IMG/VR virus record: IMGVR_UViG_2693429635_000010
Direction: 5' to 3' (one strand)
Length of the DNA stretch: 16,972 nt
Source of the DNA: a virus
Lineage: Duplodnaviria > Heunggongvirae > Uroviricota > Caudoviricetes
Positions 14,501 through 16,972 of this stretch are shown here, piece after piece (within the stretch, counting starts at the first letter, position 1; each line of letters opens with the position of its first letter). Both the position numbers and the translations under genes were made by a program. The notes beneath the pieces were generated by a model, which ran no database searches, had not been told where the DNA came from, and saw only the letters and a program-made list of their open reading frames with translations.

Positions 14501-15228
14501 AAAACAATGGCATCAGCATCAACGTTCTCGAAAAGGTACAATACTTCATTTAAATATCTATCGAAATAAGACTCGTTACTTTCTTCAAAAATCTCTATTT
14601 CATTACCCTGTAAATTTATTTTCTTAAGAACATTACGATTCTTTTGGGTTTTTATTAACTTGTAAATGAAAATACAAGATAGGATAGTACATATAAACCC
14701 ACTAATTAAAAGCGTATCGTATTTAGTTGATAATGTAAGTAGTGTCTTTATATTACCTTCAGATAAAAGTGAAACAAACTTTTCCCACTTATTAAATAGC
14801 GTGATATGTAGTATCATAGCGATAAATAACACCGTAAAGATGGTGTTTATCACAATGTTGTTAGTTTTTATTTTTTTCTTTACTTTAAAATGTGTCTGGG
14901 GAATATCATCAGCATTAATTTGGTGAATTAACTGGTTAAGAACTTTACCTTCTAACGCGGTTTCATTTATATCTTTACTTGGTTCATTAGTTTCAGCTTC
15001 CTCAATCGATCTGAAATGAGCAAGTGAGATATGAACAAACTTTATATTTGAATGACTTTTCTTATAGGATTCGATAAGACTACTTTTTCCTGCGCTATAT
15101 TGCCCTGATATCGCAACATTTTTTAGATCGTTATTGGCAAAAACAAAATCTATCGCATTTTTATATACACCCAGCTCAACATCGCTGAACGGCGTTAACT
15201 TTTGAAATTTATAGCTATCATCACTCAT
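11596..15228 (-). CDS. Large KAP-type P-loop NTPase (1210 aa): Walker A, two hydrophobic helices, Walker B, coiled-coil region and ~700-aa C-terminal region of unknown function; candidate defence/abortive-infection protein
   Basis: Single uninterrupted 3.6-kb ORF, ATG at 15226-15228 with AAGGGA RBS. Walker A SGQYSAGKSS (aa 41-50); hydrophobic helices NIVINTIFTVLFIAMILHITLF (~aa 124-145) and LLISGFICTILSCIFIYKLI (~aa 171-192); Walker-B-like DAIVFEDMD (~aa 238-246); K/E-rich coiled-coil-like stretch ~aa 400-510. Gene body is visibly AT-rich relative to the flanks. Confidence 0.7.
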   Translation of the reverse strand: MSDDSYKFQKLTPFSDVELGVYKNAIDFVFANNDLKNVAISGQYSAGKSSLIESYKKSHSNIKFVHISLAHFRSIEEAETNEPSKDINETALEGKVLNQLIHQINADDIPQTHFKVKKKIKTNNIVINTIFTVLFIAMILHITLFNKWEKFVSLLSEGNIKTLLTLSTKYDTLLISGFICTILSCIFIYKLIKTQKNRNVLKKINLQGNEIEIFEESNESYFDRYLNEVLYLFENVDADAIVFEDMDRFNSNNIFERLHEVNRLVNIQRDTAGHKKSTLRFIYLLRDDIFISKDRTKFFDYIIPVIPVVDSSNSYDQFITHFDGGGILKLFNERFLQGMSLYIDDMRILKNIYNEFQIYYNKLNTTELDCNKMLAIIAYKNIFPRDFSELQLNQGMVYTIFSEKDNLIIEEIKKIEKDIRDRKKEIEAINDEILNSSQEVDAIYDKELSRYNNHPHYNQAEKADIAKRRAARKESVENKFNGKIEEINELISRSRESLVDSRNKRLKEVITRENIDEIFKLTYTNEIGEERDFNEIKSSEYFDLLKYLIRDGYIDETYTDYMTYFYENSLSRIDKMFLRSITDQKGKEFTYQLKNPKLVVARLREVDFEQEEALNFDLLAYLLQTPALVNLIKRLFKQLRKDRRVEFIRGYFETERAQPVFINRLNTQWPEFFSYALTESEFSADWVKLYSIGTFYYSANDAIEAINIDDCLTDYISDSAGYLAISEPKVDKLISGFKLLNVSFVSIKFENANKVLFDAVYQHSLYDINFSNLTLMLSKVYTLNSEDDIRHKNYTLVMSQPDSPLASYVNNHIRDYLDMVLSSCDGSIVDDESIVLSVLNNEGISDEQKGQYINALQTFVTSLSEVESESLWSSLLDKDRAVCSEENIVSYFEHVDGLDDSLIEFINRTDVDLNFQNINIDNELKGKLFKSIVICNDLSNDKYEKLICSLNIICKTSFSASDIASDKFKILVDKNIIRMNVAPLNFIRDNYSEQLSYYIHKNIRAYVELMTIDNFILDEAISILSWKVDDDLKVKLLEFVKTPLAIYSKNYSQVVNDYILENNFKPDELLILTSSYKTWGTSTQSLILSRAIQDISALIASPNDVSEPLLKNLFVAEGLNMQNKIALLIALLPGKDLSKTTCKEYLDLLGLSEFSKILGRGKPKIEVDSTNQSLLTALRDNHFFSDFEVDNENPTYYKITRRRSMFGSDT

Positions 15229-15309
15229 TGATATCCCTTCCCAATCTTCACCGAGAGAGCTGGCTTTCGGAGTTAATCAAACAAAATCATGCAGATAAAA
15301 TTTCGCCTT

Positions 15310-15345
15310 ATTATAGCAGACACAACTGCAAAGATTAGCTAAAGC
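15310..15345 (-). promoter_or_regulatory. Putative promoter of the NTPase gene (extended -10 type)
   Basis: Minus-strand TGcTATAAT (hexamer complementary to 15310-15315, TG complementary to 15317-15318), ~85 nt upstream of the start codon; no convincing -35, as is typical for extended -10 promoters. Confidence 0.35.
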
Positions 15346-15627
15346 CTCGTTGTTTTCTTCATCTATCCCTATAATTTTACACTACAGTTAGCACTTACTA
15401 TACCTGAAAGCTTTGCTCGTAAAGAGCACAATCGCAAGTCAGCAAAGCACGACTTTGCAATCGAGCGCCGCTAAAACAGTGCTGAATCGCTACGACTTAG
15501 GCAGCCATCTTATCGGTTGGCAGATAATTTCTAACTTCCGCTTCTGGCACAAAGCGGACAACCACGATAGCTCTATCCTGTGCCACAAAATGTCAATTCA
15601 CATCTTAACTAATGCATTTTAATCTCG

Positions 15628-16050
15628 TCACTTTAATAAATACCGAACATTCCCCTGATAAAACGACAATATGCGCTGCATAACTTCGCTTTTACGACAC
15701 TCAGTACAAATTATATTATGATGCCTGTCGTAACGACGTATTTCTCCATCAGGTAATGACCAGATAAGGTCCGGATCAACCGCAGATGGTTTCTTCAGCT
15801 TTGCCCTTGAGAGCTTTTTACGGGCATTTTGCCAGTCCTTACGCGCCTGTTCAGACGGGAATAACCCGTAACCAGAATTGTATACATCACCGCTGGCAAC
15901 CAGCTCTCTCGCGAGAACGCTCATCAGATATCTTGTCGCACCTGTCTTGACTTCCAGTTGTCGTAACGTCTCACGCCCACTCTGGCGTACGAGTTCAACA
16001 ACCTGCCCTTTAATTTTTTCTCGCTCTTCTTGTGTAAATACTTTTGCCAC
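15628..16050 (-). CDS. Hypothetical protein (140 aa), paralogue of 7984..8406
   Basis: GTG start with AGGAGG 4-5 nt upstream: MAKVFTQEEREKIKGQVVELVRQSGRETLRQLEVKTGATRYLMSVLARELVASGDVY... Confidence 0.55.
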   Translation of the reverse strand: MAKVFTQEEREKIKGQVVELVRQSGRETLRQLEVKTGATRYLMSVLARELVASGDVYNSGYGLFPSEQARKDWQNARKKLSRAKLKKPSAVDPDLIWSLPDGEIRRYDRHHNIICTECRKSEVMQRILSFYQGNVRYLLK

Positions 16051-16090
16051 AAGTCCTCCTGAAAATTACCTCATGACCTGAAATAAACAC

Positions 16091-16972
16091 TTACCCCCTG
16101 AAGCCCGGCGGAATTTCGGTATCCGGTTCAGAAATATGATTCACACAACGCTGGTTGTTCGTGCCGTTTACCGGGAGCAACCAGGGGTTTTCAAAATTCC
16201 GGTCCGGTCCAAAAAACGTCGTCGCTCGCTGAACAAATTCCGTTCCCGTTTTCCCGGTAACCGCTAGGTATCTTGCGTAACGCCTCACGCCATCCAGCAT
16301 GGCCTCTGGTGGCACCCCCTCGCGTAATCTGGCCTTCCAGGCACTGAAAGCGGATTTCTTCGGGTTTGCCCCGGCACGCAACGGGTACTCCCGCCAGATC
16401 TGTTCGAACACATCCGGATAATCCACTCGTCCCACAGACTGCCCGGTGTTTTCCGGGACTACCCGATCGGCTTCCCGCTGAATGGCGGAATCGGCTTCGG
16501 GCTGCCGCAGTTGGTGTGATTGCTCCGGCCTTGCGGTCATCACCTGCTGCACAGCGCCCGAATCGGCTTTCAGCGCATACGCTGAATCGGCTTCCGGTGT
16601 CGTGCCTGCTGGCTGACCAGGATTGACGGTCTGAACATCCCCTGCCTGGTTCGTGGCGTTTTTTACGCCATGGACCATAGTGTTTTGATCTTCTTGATCT
16701 GTATCTTTATCTGTATCTTTATCTGTCGTGACTCGTCGTGACATGTGCGTGACATTTCGTGACGCGCCGTGACAATCGCCATTTTGTTCCCGCTTTCTTT
16801 CCCTCTCTCGCTGCGCCCTCTTGCGCTCTGCAGGAGATTTTGCGGTTTGCGAAATATTGCCGTTGTCCTCTTTCAGCACCTGGCGTTTTTCCCATCCAGT
16901 GATTAAATCACCATCAAGTACCCGCCCCTGCATCGTCTGCAAAATTGAATCAATTACCTCTTCTGTCACGTC
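16091..16972 (-). CDS. Replication-initiator-like protein (lambda-O-like organisation: acidic linker encoded by an iteron array, conserved C-terminal domain); 5' end outside the window
   Basis: Frame is open to the right window edge (codon at 16970-16972 is in frame), so the track's GTG at 16969 is not necessarily the start. Internal DNA repeats encode ...SRRVTTDKDTDKDTDQEDQ...; C-terminal domain DYPDVFEQIWREYPLRAGANPKKSAFSAWKARL...FFGPDRNFENPWLLP. The family call rests on gene position and repeat structure, not a confirmed homology. Confidence 0.45.
   Translation of the reverse strand, partial: DVTEEVIDSILQTMQGRVLDGDLITGWEKRQVLKEDNGNISQTAKSPAERKRAQRERERKREQNGDCHGASRNVTHMSRRVTTDKDTDKDTDQEDQNTMVHGVKNATNQAGDVQTVNPGQPAGTTPEADSAYALKADSGAVQQVMTARPEQSHQLRQPEADSAIQREADRVVPENTGQSVGRVDYPDVFEQIWREYPLRAGANPKKSAFSAWKARLREGVPPEAMLDGVRRYARYLAVTGKTGTEFVQRATTFFGPDRNFENPWLLPVNGTNNQRCVNHISEPDTEIPPGFRG
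16685..16773. repeat. Iteron-like array (putative replication origin) inside the initiator-like gene
   Basis: Five CGTGAC motifs starting at 16727, 16737, 16748, 16758 and 16768 (10-11 bp spacing, one per helical turn); two tandem 12-bp repeats ATCTGTATCTTT (16697-16720) plus a partial third; two GATC sites in TTGATC repeats (16685-16699). Confidence 0.5.

Noticed and set aside
14666-14926. Plus-strand 86-aa hydrophobic ORF inside the NTPase gene
   Set aside because: Antisense to the segment encoding the hydrophobic helices of the 1210-aa protein; its hydrophobicity is a mirror effect of AT-rich coding DNA.
16685-16773. Considered whether the short direct repeats could be a CRISPR array
   Set aside because: Repeat units are only 6-12 bp, sit inside a coding sequence, lack spacer structure and have helical-turn phasing; iterons are the better explanation.

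Overview
This 16.97-kb window reads as the early-right / nin / Q / start-of-late segment of an Escherichia-type lambdoid prophage; essentially every credible gene is on the minus strand (transcription right to left). Right to left: a 5'-truncated replication-initiator-like gene with an internal iteron array (putative ori); a 140-aa gene; an AT-rich ~3.6-kb moron encoding a 1210-aa KAP-type P-loop NTPase with hydrophobic helices between Walker A and Walker B (my top candidate for a novel anti-phage defence or abortive-infection gene); a hok-type toxin module; a recombination junction; a lambda-P-like gene; several small nin-region genes; a second hok module; a DUF968-like gene; rusA; antiterminator Q with a tR'-like terminator; a small terminator-flanked ORF; a DNA methyltransferase with no canonical start codon ahead of its DPPY motif; a tRNA-Ile2/Arg/Arg cluster; a terminator-rich non-coding slot; and the start of a NanS-p-like sialate O-acetylesterase. 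Two diverged direct repeats of about 0.9 and 1.2 kb, each carrying hok, bracket the P/nin block, which points to a mosaic or hybrid prophage. No CRISPR array, rRNA, transposase or integrase is visible. All functional calls come from reading motifs and translations by eye; no database search or folding program was run.
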